This document shows, piece after piece, positions 1 to 8,396 of a stretch of DNA of 64,000 nucleotides; positions within the stretch are counted from its first letter, which is position 1, and every line of letters begins with the position of its first letter. Made by a program: the position numbers and the translations under genes. The stretch covers positions 7,730 to 71,729 of the forward strand of contig CAWFRC010000001.1 of NCBI GenBank assembly GCA_963818155.1. The letters run 5' to 3'. The notes under the pieces are model-generated. The model was not told where the DNA came from and did no database searches. It saw only the letters and a list, made by a program, of their open reading frames with translations. Origin of the DNA: an uncultured Alphaproteobacteria bacterium (GTDB lineage Bacteria; Pseudomonadota; Alphaproteobacteria; Rhizobiales; Xanthobacteraceae).

Positions 1-776
1 AACGGGTCAAAGGCCTTGAGGTCGAGCGACTGGTCAACGAGGTGGTGCTGCGCAGCCAGGCGCAAGCGGAATATTCGCCGGAGAATTTCGGCCATTTCGG
101 TTTAAATCTGCGCCGTTATGCGCATTTCACCTCGCCGATCCGCCGCTACGCCGATCTCGTCGTGCATCGCGCGCTGATCCGCGCGCAGAAGCTCGGAGCC
201 GACGGCCTGCCGGAAGCGATCGAGCCACGCGTGCTTGCGGAAATCGCTGCCAACATCTCCGCCACCGAGCGCCGCGCCATGAAGGCCGAGCGCGAGACCG
301 CCGACCGGCTGATCGCGCACTTTTTGGCGGACCGCGTCGGCGCGACCTTCGACGGCCATATTTCGGGCGTCACGCGCGCTGGCCTTTTCGTCGAGCTCGA
401 CGAGACCGGCGCCGACGGATTGATCCCGGCGCGCCTCATCGGCGACGAGTATTTCCATTTCGACGAGAAAGGCCGTGCCTTCTCTGGCCGTTCGGCAACA
501 TATCGGCTTGGCGATCCGATCACTGTGGAACTGGTTGAAGCGGCGCCGGTCGCCGGCGCATTGCGCTTTCGGCTCTTGCATGCCCCGCATGAGGCGGCGC
601 GGACTCGACACAAGCCGAAGGGCCAGCGCAAGGTCGACGGCGAGGCCGAGCGATCACCCGGACATGAGAAATCCGGACATGAAAAATCCGAACGCGGCAA
701 ACCCGGACATCAGAAACCCGGATACCGAAAACTTGCGTCGAGAAAATCGGGACGAAAGGGCAGGAAGAAACGATGA
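1..776 (+). CDS. rnr: Ribonuclease R, C-terminal part (5' end lies outside window)
   Basis: Frame open from window edge. Has HFGL..YAHFTSPIRRYADLVVHR motif, an S1-like domain and a Lys/Arg/His-rich tail. Stop TGA 774-776 overlaps the next ATG (ATGA). Confidence 0.85.
   Translation, partial: RVKGLEVERLVNEVVLRSQAQAEYSPENFGHFGLNLRRYAHFTSPIRRYADLVVHRALIRAQKLGADGLPEAIEPRVLAEIAANISATERRAMKAERETADRLIAHFLADRVGATFDGHISGVTRAGLFVELDETGADGLIPARLIGDEYFHFDEKGRAFSGRSATYRLGDPITVELVEAAPVAGALRFRLLHAPHEAARTRHKPKGQRKVDGEAERSPGHEKSGHEKSERGKPGHQKPGYRKLASRKSGRKGRKKR
658..732 (+). repeat. Five tandem 15-nt units (ccggacatgaNaaat-like) encoding the pentapeptide-repeat tail PGHEK/SGHEK/SERGK/PGHQK/PGYRK of RNase R
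   Basis: Direct reading of the sequence: successive 15-nt units starting ccggaca/ccgaacg/ccggata. Confidence 0.7.
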
Positions 777-1543
777 AAGACGATCCCGATCCGAAGGTCG
801 AAACCGGCAACGCCGACGATCGCGCCGAACGGCTCACGCGCACGATCCGCGATCAATCCTCGCCCAATCTGAAGCCGCGTGATTCCGCCACCTTGATCCT
901 GATCGACCGCTCCGAGAGCGTGCCGAAAGTGCTGCTTGGGCGGCGCCATGAGCGCCATCGCTTTCTCCCCGGAAAGTTCGTTTTTCCGGGCGGCCGCGTC
1001 GAGATCAAGGATCGGCTGATGCCGACCGCCGCGCCCCTGCATGAGCGCGACACCGAGCGGCTGATGTCACGGGTGAAGCGGCCGAGCATCGCCAAGACGG
1101 CCGCCTATGCACTCGCCGCCATCCGCGAAACCTACGAAGAGACAGGCTTGATGCTGGGCGCAGCCTCGCCCAACCCATTCCCGGCACCCGCCGAGGCCTG
1201 GGAGCCGTTCGCCAAGGCCGGCATCATCCCCGACCTCAGCGCCGTGCATTTCGTCGGCCGCGCCATCACCCCGCCCGGCCGCCCGCGGCGGTTTGACAGC
1301 CGCTTTTTCGCGGCCGATTTCAAAGCAGTCGTGCGCCGCGACGAAGGCTTTGTCGGCGCCGACGCCGAGCTGGTCGAAGTGGTCTGGATGCCGATCAACG
1401 AGGCCCGCCGGCTCGATATCCCGGGCATCACCGCCATCGTCCTGGAAGAACTGGAGGAACGGATCGCCACCGGCATGAGCCACGATCATCCGGTGCCGCT
1501 TTATCGGATGCTGCACAAGAAGTTCCTGCGCGAACTTCTTTGA
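773..1543 (+). CDS. NUDIX hydrolase
   Basis: Nudix box GKFVFPGGRVE...AAIRETYEETGL. Translationally coupled to rnr. Confidence 0.85.
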   Translation: MKDDPDPKVETGNADDRAERLTRTIRDQSSPNLKPRDSATLILIDRSESVPKVLLGRRHERHRFLPGKFVFPGGRVEIKDRLMPTAAPLHERDTERLMSRVKRPSIAKTAAYALAAIRETYEETGLMLGAASPNPFPAPAEAWEPFAKAGIIPDLSAVHFVGRAITPPGRPRRFDSRFFAADFKAVVRRDEGFVGADAELVEVVWMPINEARRLDIPGITAIVLEELEERIATGMSHDHPVPLYRMLHKKFLRELL

Positions 1544-1626
1544 GTTTCAATCGTTTTTCCGGCTTTCTTGACTTTCGGAGATTGCCGACTAGTTTGTCGC
1601 CCAAATCCGCCAATTGAGGTTCGACC

Positions 1627-1794
1627 ATGGCCAAGGCCGCCAATATCAAGATCAAGCTCGTGTCTAGCGCCGACACCGGCTTCTTCTATGTGACGCGCAA
1701 GAACTCGCGCACCATGACCGACAAGCTGGTCAAGAAGAAGTACGACCCGGTCGCCAAGAAGCACGTCGAGTTCCGCGAATCCAAGATCAAGTAG
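1627..1794 (+). CDS. rpmG: 50S ribosomal protein L33
   Basis: 55-aa ORF below the ORF-track cutoff: [55 protein letters not shown], a typical L33 sequence. Confidence 0.9.
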   Translation: MAKAANIKIKLVSSADTGFFYVTRKNSRTMTDKLVKKKYDPVAKKHVEFRESKIK

Positions 1795-1830
1795 GCATTC
1801 GCAGTTTGGGGGCATGATCTCTCGGGGATC

Positions 1831-2728
1831 ATGCACGAGCGGCGGCCGATGCTGTTTGAAAATTTCCACCGCGGCCGCCAGCGCATCGACGACATCGAGA
1901 TCAACTATGTGACGGCGGGCCAGGGTCCGCCGCTGTTGCTTTTGCACGGATTCCCACAGAGTCTCGCCATGTGGGCGCGCGTGGCGCCGATGCTCACCGC
2001 CGATTTCACCGTCGTGTGCGCCGACCTGCGCGGCTACGGCAATTCATCCAAGCCCAAATGCGCGCCCGACCGATCGAACTATTCATTCCGCGCCATGGCG
2101 AGCGATCAGGTCGGGTTGATGCGGGCGCTTGGCTTCGATCGCTTTCATGTCGTCGGCCATGACCGCGGCGGGCGCACCGCGCATCGCCTGGCGCTCGATC
2201 ATCCCGACAGCGCGCTTTCGCTTGCCGTTCTCGACATCGTGCCGACGCACGCGATGTTCATGGAAACCAATCGGCACGTCGCTGGCGCCTATTGGCATTG
2301 GTATTTCCTCTCGCAGCCGGAGCCGTTTCCGGAACGCCTGATTTCATCTGATCCGGACTTCTTTTATGAGACGTGCCTCGTCGGCTGGGGGGCCACCAAG
2401 CTTGCCGATTTCGATGCCGAGATGGTCGCCGAATATCGCCGCTGCTGGCGCTCGCCGGAGATGATTCACGGCTCCTGCTCGGACTACCGCGCTGCCGCCA
2501 GCATCGATCTCGAGCACGATGCGTGCCGATATCGACAAGAAAGTCGCCTGCCGTGCGCTCGCCTTCTGGGGCGCCAATGGTGTCATGCACAAGTTCTTCG
2601 ACATTGGCGCAGCGTGGCGCAAGCGCTGCACCAATCTCGCTACCGCAACACTGCCCGGTGGACACTTCTTTATTGATCAGTTTCCGGCCGAGACGGCGCA
2701 GGTTCTCGCGACATTCTTGAAGGGCTAA
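1831..2728 (+). pseudogene. Alpha/beta hydrolase, haloacetate (fluoroacetate) dehalogenase-like, interrupted by one frameshift near 2518-2527
   Basis: N-terminal frame has [10 protein letters not shown]...[19 protein letters not shown]. The conserved C-terminus ([19 protein letters not shown]...[14 protein letters not shown]) continues in ORF 2519..2728, displaced by +1. Confidence 0.75.
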
Positions 2729-2842
2729 GGGCGTTTCGTCGTTTGGAACGGGAACTGTGCATCGCCTTCGAGACGTCACAACCGGCCATTATCGTCCATG
2801 ACGCCCCACCCGTAGGGTGCACTCACATTCGGAGATGCTGTC

Positions 2843-3202
2843 ATGAACACGCAAGATCTTGCGAAGAACTTCACCGAAATGTGCATGAAAGGCGAGTTCG
2901 ATGCCGCCGGCAAAAAATTCTGGTCCGACGACATTGTCAGCCGCGAACCGATGACCGGCGATATGGCGGAACTCAAAGGCCGCAAGGCGGTCGAAGGCAA
3001 AGGCGCGTGGTGGTACGCAAACCATACCATCCACAATGTGCATGTCGAGGGCCCATATGTGCACGGCGATCAGTTCGTCGTTCGCTTCAAGATGGACGTT
3101 ACTCCTAAGGACGGACAACGCATGAGCCTTGACGAAGTGGGCCTCTATACCGTGAAGAACGGCAAGATCGTCGAAGAAAGCTTCTTCATGGGCGGCCGTT
3201 AG
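2843..3202 (+). CDS. SnoaL-like / NTF2-fold protein
   Basis: 119-aa ORF with a typical SnoaL-like pattern. The stop TAG is the first bases of the downstream palindromic repeat. Confidence 0.7.
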   Translation: MNTQDLAKNFTEMCMKGEFDAAGKKFWSDDIVSREPMTGDMAELKGRKAVEGKGAWWYANHTIHNVHVEGPYVHGDQFVVRFKMDVTPKDGQRMSLDEVGLYTVKNGKIVEESFFMGGR

Positions 3203-3304
3203 AGCATGTCCTGGAAAAGTGGAAACCGGTTTTCCGAAAAGGACATTCGACAACAAAGAGATCTGGAGCATTTCCCGATTCCACTTAATCGGGAAATGCT
3301 CTAG
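3200..3304 (+). repeat. Palindromic intergenic repeat (REP/MITE-like), copy A
   Basis: Two hairpin modules: gagcatgtcc..gtggaaaccggttttccgaaaa..ggacat and gagcatttcccgattccacttaatcgggaaatgctctag. Same element at 5983-6114 and inverted at 29888-29990. Confidence 0.75.
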
Positions 3305-3343
3305 GGCCCGCGAACTGTTGTTCCTCAGGTCAAGCAGCGTTCG

Positions 3344-4246
3344 CTAAGAAACAAAAGTTTGCGAGCGCTGCACGATGAGATCGAGAAAGCTGCGCGCGCG
3401 CGGCGACATCCAGTCCATGTCCGGGTAAACGGCATGGAGTGGCAGCGCGGCGATGGAATAATCCGGCAGAACATTCTCAAGCTGGCCATTGTATATGCCT
3501 CCAACGGCATTCCACGCTGGCAAGATCGCCAGTCCCAGGTGGTGACGAACGGCCGTCTCCATCGCGTCCGCATCGTCGACCAGAATGGCGCCCTTCACCG
3601 GAACGACGTGGCGGCCGTGCTCCGATTCAAAAGCCCATTCGTTCGCGGGTGAAAGCCGAGGATAGACGATACACTGGTGCGTTTTCAGATCTTCGGGAGT
3701 CCGGGGAGGCGTGCGGCCATGAAGGTATGTGGGCGTCGCGACCAGATACCGGCGCACGGTGCCGAGCCGACGGGCAACCAGCGTGCTTGCTTCCAAATGG
3801 CCGATCCGAAGCGCAAGCTCGATCCCCTCCTCGACCAGATTGACCAGCCGCTCGCTGAAGCGAACGTCGAGACGGACGCCCGGAAAGGTGCGGACATATT
3901 CCGCGATGATCGGCATCATGTAGCGGCGCCCGAACGACGACGGCAGGCTGATTTTCAAGGTGCCCGTTGGTTGTGGCGATATCGGGTGCGCGCTTGCACC
4001 GGCAGTATCGAAGTTGCTGAGAATTTCTCGCGCCAACTGATAAATGCGGTGCGCCTCCGGCGTCGGCCGAAGCTTGCGCGTCGTCCGGAAGAAAAGCTGC
4101 GTTCCGAATTCGCTCTCGAGTGACGCGATGCGCTTGCTCACGGCAGGCTGACCGATCCCGAGCTCGGTCGCCGCCGCCGAGAAACTCCCTCCTTCCAGCG
4201 CCCGCACAAAGGCACGAAGGCAATCGATCCTGTCCATCGATCCCAT
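3344..4246 (-). CDS. LysR family transcriptional regulator
   Basis: N-terminal wHTH (FVRALEGGSFSAAATELGIGQPAVSKRIASLE) plus LysR substrate-binding domain. Divergent from the StyA-like gene. Confidence 0.9.
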   Translation of the reverse strand: MGSMDRIDCLRAFVRALEGGSFSAAATELGIGQPAVSKRIASLESEFGTQLFFRTTRKLRPTPEAHRIYQLAREILSNFDTAGASAHPISPQPTGTLKISLPSSFGRRYMMPIIAEYVRTFPGVRLDVRFSERLVNLVEEGIELALRIGHLEASTLVARRLGTVRRYLVATPTYLHGRTPPRTPEDLKTHQCIVYPRLSPANEWAFESEHGRHVVPVKGAILVDDADAMETAVRHHLGLAILPAWNAVGGIYNGQLENVLPDYSIAALPLHAVYPDMDWMSPRARSFLDLIVQRSQTFVS

Positions 4247-4355
4247 CCTTGGGCATTCTCAGCAGGAATAATACATATCCTATCCATTCCCGTAGCGAGC
4301 GAACAAGCGCCGCGTTACGCTCGATCAAAATCAGAGCCTGCCATGGGAGGAGCAC

Positions 4356-5609
4356 GTGACGCGCAACATCGGGATTGTCGGCGCCGGGATCGCCGGACTG
4401 CATCTGGCGCTGTATCTGCAGAAGCACGGCGTCGATGCGACGCTCATCACCGATCGAGTGCCGGATGATTATCGGAAGATCCGGCTCATCAACACGGTGG
4501 CCCACCACCATGTCACGCTCGCGCGCGAGGATTATTTAGGGATCAACCACTGGAGCGCGCCGGAACTTCATTATTACTATCACGACCACTTCTTCAATTT
4601 CCCGCAACCGCTCAGCTTTCAGGGATACTTCTCCAAACCGAGCCGCGCCGTCGACTATCGAATTTACCTGCCGGCATTGATGGAAGACTTCGCGCGTCGC
4701 GGTGGCACAATCGAATACCGCCGGATCGAAGAAGGCGACATTCGCCCGCTCGTTGCGCGCTTTGACCTCCTTGTCGTCGCCACCGGCAAAGGGCCGCTCG
4801 GCCAGATCTTCACATACCGCCCCGAACATACGCCCTATTCGCAGCCGCAGCGTTTACTGTGCGTCGGCCTGTATAACGGCGTTCGCCAGCCCGATCCGAT
4901 GAACGTGACACTTTCGGTCTCGCCTGGACATGGCGAGATGATCGTCATCCCGACGCTCACCTTCGATGGCATCGCCAACGCCCTTCTCATGGAGAACGTC
5001 CCCGGCGCTGACATGGCGGGATTGTCGTCGCTGAGCTATGAGAAGGATCGAAAGGCATTCCTGCAAACCGTGTTGGAGAAGCTGGAGAAGCATCATCCGA
5101 CGACCTACGATCGGATCGATACCGCGCGCTTCGATCTGGCGCAGCCTCAAGATCTCCTGCAGGCCGCGATCGTGCCGACTGTTCGCAACACTGTTGCCAC
5201 GTTCGACGACGGCAAATGTGCGATCGCACTCGGCGACGTGCACTCCGTCGTCGACCCGATGATGGGCCAGGGTGCGAACGTGGCGTCCTACGCCGCCTTC
5301 GTGCTCGGCGAGGAGATTGTCAATTCGGACGTGCTCGACGCGCAATTCTGCGAAAAGGTGGATCTCAAACGGCAAGATTTGGTGCTGGCCGCAGCGCGAT
5401 GGACGAACGTTATGCTGCAGCCCCCGACGGAAGCTCTCGGCATGTTGATCGGGACGATGGGCCAGAACCAGCCGTTGGCCGATGAATTTACGGAGAATTT
5501 CAACTATCCTGATCTGCAGTGGGATCGGATCTCCACGCCGGAACGCATTCAACGTTGGATCAGCCGCTCAGCCACCGCTCCGACAGAGCGTGCACGGGCA
5601 ACCGCCTGA
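4356..5609 (+). CDS. StyA-like FAD-dependent monooxygenase (styrene monooxygenase oxygenase-subunit family)
   Basis: GTG start after GGGAGGAG. IGIVGAGIAGLHLALYL dinucleotide fold. Full-length resemblance to StyA as recalled (LINTVAHH, PSRAVDYR, LGDV..VDP..GQGAN.ASYAA, NFNYP..QWDR). Confidence 0.8.
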   Translation: MTRNIGIVGAGIAGLHLALYLQKHGVDATLITDRVPDDYRKIRLINTVAHHHVTLAREDYLGINHWSAPELHYYYHDHFFNFPQPLSFQGYFSKPSRAVDYRIYLPALMEDFARRGGTIEYRRIEEGDIRPLVARFDLLVVATGKGPLGQIFTYRPEHTPYSQPQRLLCVGLYNGVRQPDPMNVTLSVSPGHGEMIVIPTLTFDGIANALLMENVPGADMAGLSSLSYEKDRKAFLQTVLEKLEKHHPTTYDRIDTARFDLAQPQDLLQAAIVPTVRNTVATFDDGKCAIALGDVHSVVDPMMGQGANVASYAAFVLGEEIVNSDVLDAQFCEKVDLKRQDLVLAAARWTNVMLQPPTEALGMLIGTMGQNQPLADEFTENFNYPDLQWDRISTPERIQRWISRSATAPTERARATA

Positions 5610-5619
5610 GGAATAGACG

Positions 5620-5919
5620 ATGCACTGCTTGACCGTGACGTATTCAACGCCGAAAGACCCGAGTCACTTTCGCTCATATTACGCAAGCACCCACATGCCG
5701 TTGGCGAAGCAACTCCCAGGCTTGAAATCCTGTTCGTTCGCCTACCCCGCGCCACTCGGTCCCGGCGGCGCGCCGTTCTGTATCTTTCAAGCGTATTTTG
5801 CCGACGAGGCCACCATGATGGCGGCGCTTCAATCGCCGATCGGCCAGAAAGTCGCGGCGGACGTGCCGAACTATTCGCCTGACGGCGCCACGCTCTTTCA
5901 CTTTGCCGTCGGAGACTGA
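5620..5919 (+). CDS. EthD family protein
   Basis: 99 aa. Pattern LTVTYSTPKDPSHFRSYYASTHMPLAKQLPGL...ALQSPIGQKVAADVPNY is typical of EthD/TIGR02118. Confidence 0.7.
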   Translation: MHCLTVTYSTPKDPSHFRSYYASTHMPLAKQLPGLKSCSFAYPAPLGPGGAPFCIFQAYFADEATMMAALQSPIGQKVAADVPNYSPDGATLFHFAVGD

Positions 5920-5982
5920 ACGCGGCGCTCAGCCAAAGAAGCGCCTCTCCGTAGCCGCCGCCAAGGGCCGACGACCCGTCTG

Positions 5983-6114
5983 CTAGAGCATGTCGCAGAA
6001 AAGCATGCCCTCGGGCGTTGACCCGATGGGTGGAAACCGGTTTTCCGATAAGGGCATGCGAACACAAGATATCTAGAGCATTTCCCAATTCCACTTAATC
6101 GGGAAATGTTCTAG
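5983..6114 (+). repeat. Palindromic intergenic repeat (REP/MITE-like), copy B, with internal insertion
   Basis: Shares both termini and the gtggaaaccggttttccga core with copy A. Its terminal ctag (6111-6114) contains the pleD stop codon. Confidence 0.75.
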
Positions 6115-7484
6115 GCGGCGTCCGGCACCACGCGATTGCGGCCGTCGCGCTTGGCGCGATAGAGCGCCTGATCGGCGCGCTTGAGCAGGCTCGCGGCGTT
6201 GTCGGCTTCGCCGCGCAAGGCCGCAATGCCGATCGAGAGCGTGACCGGAATCATGCGCTGGCCCTGGTCGATCGCGAACGGCTCGGCGGCAACGCGGCGG
6301 CGCAGCCGCTCCGCCACCATTGCGGCCACCGCCATGTCGGTTTCCGGCATGACGATCACGAATTCCTCGCCGCCGGTGCGGCAGGCGAGATCGATGCCGC
6401 GGATCGAGCGTCGCACCCGCAGCGCCAGATCGCGCAGCACGTCGTCACCGGCGTCATGGCCGTAACTGTCGTTGACCGATTTGAAATAGTCGATGTCGAG
6501 CATCAGCGCCGAAAGCGGCTTGCCGCGCGCGCCGGCCTGCTCGATCAACGTCGCCAGATGGGTCTCCATGTAGCGCCGGTTGAACAGGCCAGTAAGCCCG
6601 TCGGTAATCGCCATTTCGATCGATATCTGCACGTTGTCGCGCAGCCGCTCGGTGTAGCGGCGCTTGCGCACCTGGCTGCGGGTGCGCGCCAGCAATTCAT
6701 TCTTGTCGATCGGCCGCATCAGATAGTCGTTCACGCCGATTTCCAACGCGCGCAACGTGCGCGCGCCGCTCTCGGGCTCGGTGAGTGCCAGAATCGGTAT
6801 GTTGCGGGTGCGATCGAGCGAGCGGATCTGGCTGCACAGCCGCAGTCCGTCGAAATCCTCCAGCGACAGGGACACGATCACCAGATCGTAGTTGCCGTCG
6901 GTAGCGCGGAACAGCGCTTCGGCCGGGTTGGCTTCGACGTCGACCTCATGCTCGGCGGAAAGCGCGGCGGCGGTGCGCTCGCGCGAAGCCGGGCGATCGT
7001 CGACGATGAGCACGCGCCCGCCGCGGCCGGTATCGGTGACCGCTTCCCGCTCCGCCAATTCCATGCCGATGTCGCGCGAGGTCACCGCACGCATGCGCAA
7101 TTCGTCGGTCATCATCTTGAGCCGCGTCAGCGACCGCACGCGTGCAATCAGCGCCAGTTCCGGGATCGGCTTGGTGAGGAAATCGTCGGCACCGGCTTCC
7201 AGCCCGCGCAGCTTGTCGGACGGCTGGTCGAGCGCGGTGACCATGACCACCGGAATATGGTGGGTCGCCGGATTGCTCTTGAGCCTGCGGCATACTTCGA
7301 AGCCGTCCATGTCCGGCATCATCACGTCAAGCAGAACGAGATCGCATTCGGCACGCTCGCAGAGCGCCAGCGCTTCCTTGCCGCTCATCGCGGTGACCAC
7401 GTCGAAATATTCCGCCGACAGCCGCGCTTCCAGAAGCTTCACGTTGGTGGGGACATCGTCGACGACCAAAACGCGCGCAGTCAT
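6111..7484 (-). CDS. pleD: Response regulator diguanylate cyclase PleD (REC-REC-GGDEF)
   Basis: Two receiver domains followed by a GGDEF domain with GGEEF. Directly downstream of divK. Confidence 0.9.
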   Translation of the reverse strand: MTARVLVVDDVPTNVKLLEARLSAEYFDVVTAMSGKEALALCERAECDLVLLDVMMPDMDGFEVCRRLKSNPATHHIPVVMVTALDQPSDKLRGLEAGADDFLTKPIPELALIARVRSLTRLKMMTDELRMRAVTSRDIGMELAEREAVTDTGRGGRVLIVDDRPASRERTAAALSAEHEVDVEANPAEALFRATDGNYDLVIVSLSLEDFDGLRLCSQIRSLDRTRNIPILALTEPESGARTLRALEIGVNDYLMRPIDKNELLARTRSQVRKRRYTERLRDNVQISIEMAITDGLTGLFNRRYMETHLATLIEQAGARGKPLSALMLDIDYFKSVNDSYGHDAGDDVLRDLALRVRRSIRGIDLACRTGGEEFVIVMPETDMAVAAMVAERLRRRVAAEPFAIDQGQRMIPVTLSIGIAALRGEADNAASLLKRADQALYRAKRDGRNRVVPDAA

Positions 7485-7493
7485 GAGCTTTAC

Positions 7494-7865
7494 CTACGGG
7501 TTGCCCAAGAAGTGGCGGATGGTTTCGATGAATTTGCCGACCGAAATGGGTTTCGACAGATAGGCCTCGCAGCCGCCTTCGCGGATGCGCTCCTCGTCGC
7601 CCTTCATGGCGAAGGCGGTCACCGCGACCACCGGAATGGCGCGCAGATCCTCGTCGTCCTTCAGCCATTTGGTGACTTCGAGGCCGGAAACCTCGGGAAG
7701 CTGAATGTCCATGAGAATCAAATCCGGCCGATGCGATCGCGCGAGGTCGAGCGCCTCTATGCCGTTGCGGGTGGCAACGGTGGTGTAGCCGTGGGCTTCC
7801 AAGAGATCGTGGAAGAGCTTCATATTGAGCTCGTTGTCCTCCACGATCAGGACGGTTTTGCCCAT
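7494..7865 (-). CDS. divK: Single-domain response regulator DivK
   Basis: 123 aa. [21 protein letters not shown]...[14 protein letters not shown]...KPI. divK-pleD operon order. Confidence 0.9.
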   Translation of the reverse strand: MGKTVLIVEDNELNMKLFHDLLEAHGYTTVATRNGIEALDLARSHRPDLILMDIQLPEVSGLEVTKWLKDDEDLRAIPVVAVTAFAMKGDEERIREGGCEAYLSKPISVGKFIETIRHFLGNP

Positions 7866-8093
7866 CCCATCTCCTCACTTGCTGCTAAACGAAAGTCCCC
7901 GGCAGCAAGCGCGCCCCGAGCTTCCGAGCATCCGTTTCGAAAACGCCTATCCCCGAAGGCGATCCGGGGCTGGAGCCTTTTCCCGAAAAGATGATGCTCC
8001 ACTAAAAGGTTAGAGCGTCAATCAATTCAATCAAAAGCGATTGCGCTATGCAAAACTAGTGGGGATTCATTACGGAAAGGCAAATAATACCAC

Positions 8094-8396
8094 ATGAAAA
8101 AGCCGTTACCGGCCGCCCGCGAAGCAGCGGAAATGCTTGCCGTTGAGGCACTTAGCTTTATTGCCGAAGATCCGGAGCGAATGACGGGATTCCTTTCTGC
8201 AACCGGTCTCGAACCGGGGCAAATCCGTACCGCGGCCCGGGAGAAAGGCTTTTTCGCCGGCGTCCTGGAGCATATGCTCGCCGACGAGAGTCTCCTCGTT
8301 GCGTTTGCCGACAGCGCCGGGATCAATCCGGCCGAGATTGCGCGTGCTCGCGCCGCGCTTGGCCGCGGCGGCATATGGGAGCGGGATTTGCCGTGA
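8094..8396 (+). CDS. DUF3572 domain protein
   Basis: 100 aa. AVEALSFIAEDPERMTGFLSATGL...AGVLEHMLADESLLVAFA pattern. Overlaps the dinB start. Confidence 0.7.
   Translation: MKKPLPAAREAAEMLAVEALSFIAEDPERMTGFLSATGLEPGQIRTAAREKGFFAGVLEHMLADESLLVAFADSAGINPAEIARARAALGRGGIWERDLP

Noticed and set aside
1812-1834. Perfect 8-bp hairpin (gcatgatc/gatcatgc) after rpmG as a terminator
   Set aside because: It has no U tract and it overlaps the ATG of the next ORF. The function is unclear, so it is not annotated.
6456-7994. 512-aa ORF on the plus strand
   Set aside because: It is antisense to pleD and divK, both of which have unmistakable motifs.
7866-8093. CtrA box (TTAA-N7-TTAA) in the divK upstream region
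   Set aside because: There are no full sites with the correct spacing, only scattered TTA/TAA-containing AT-rich sequence.
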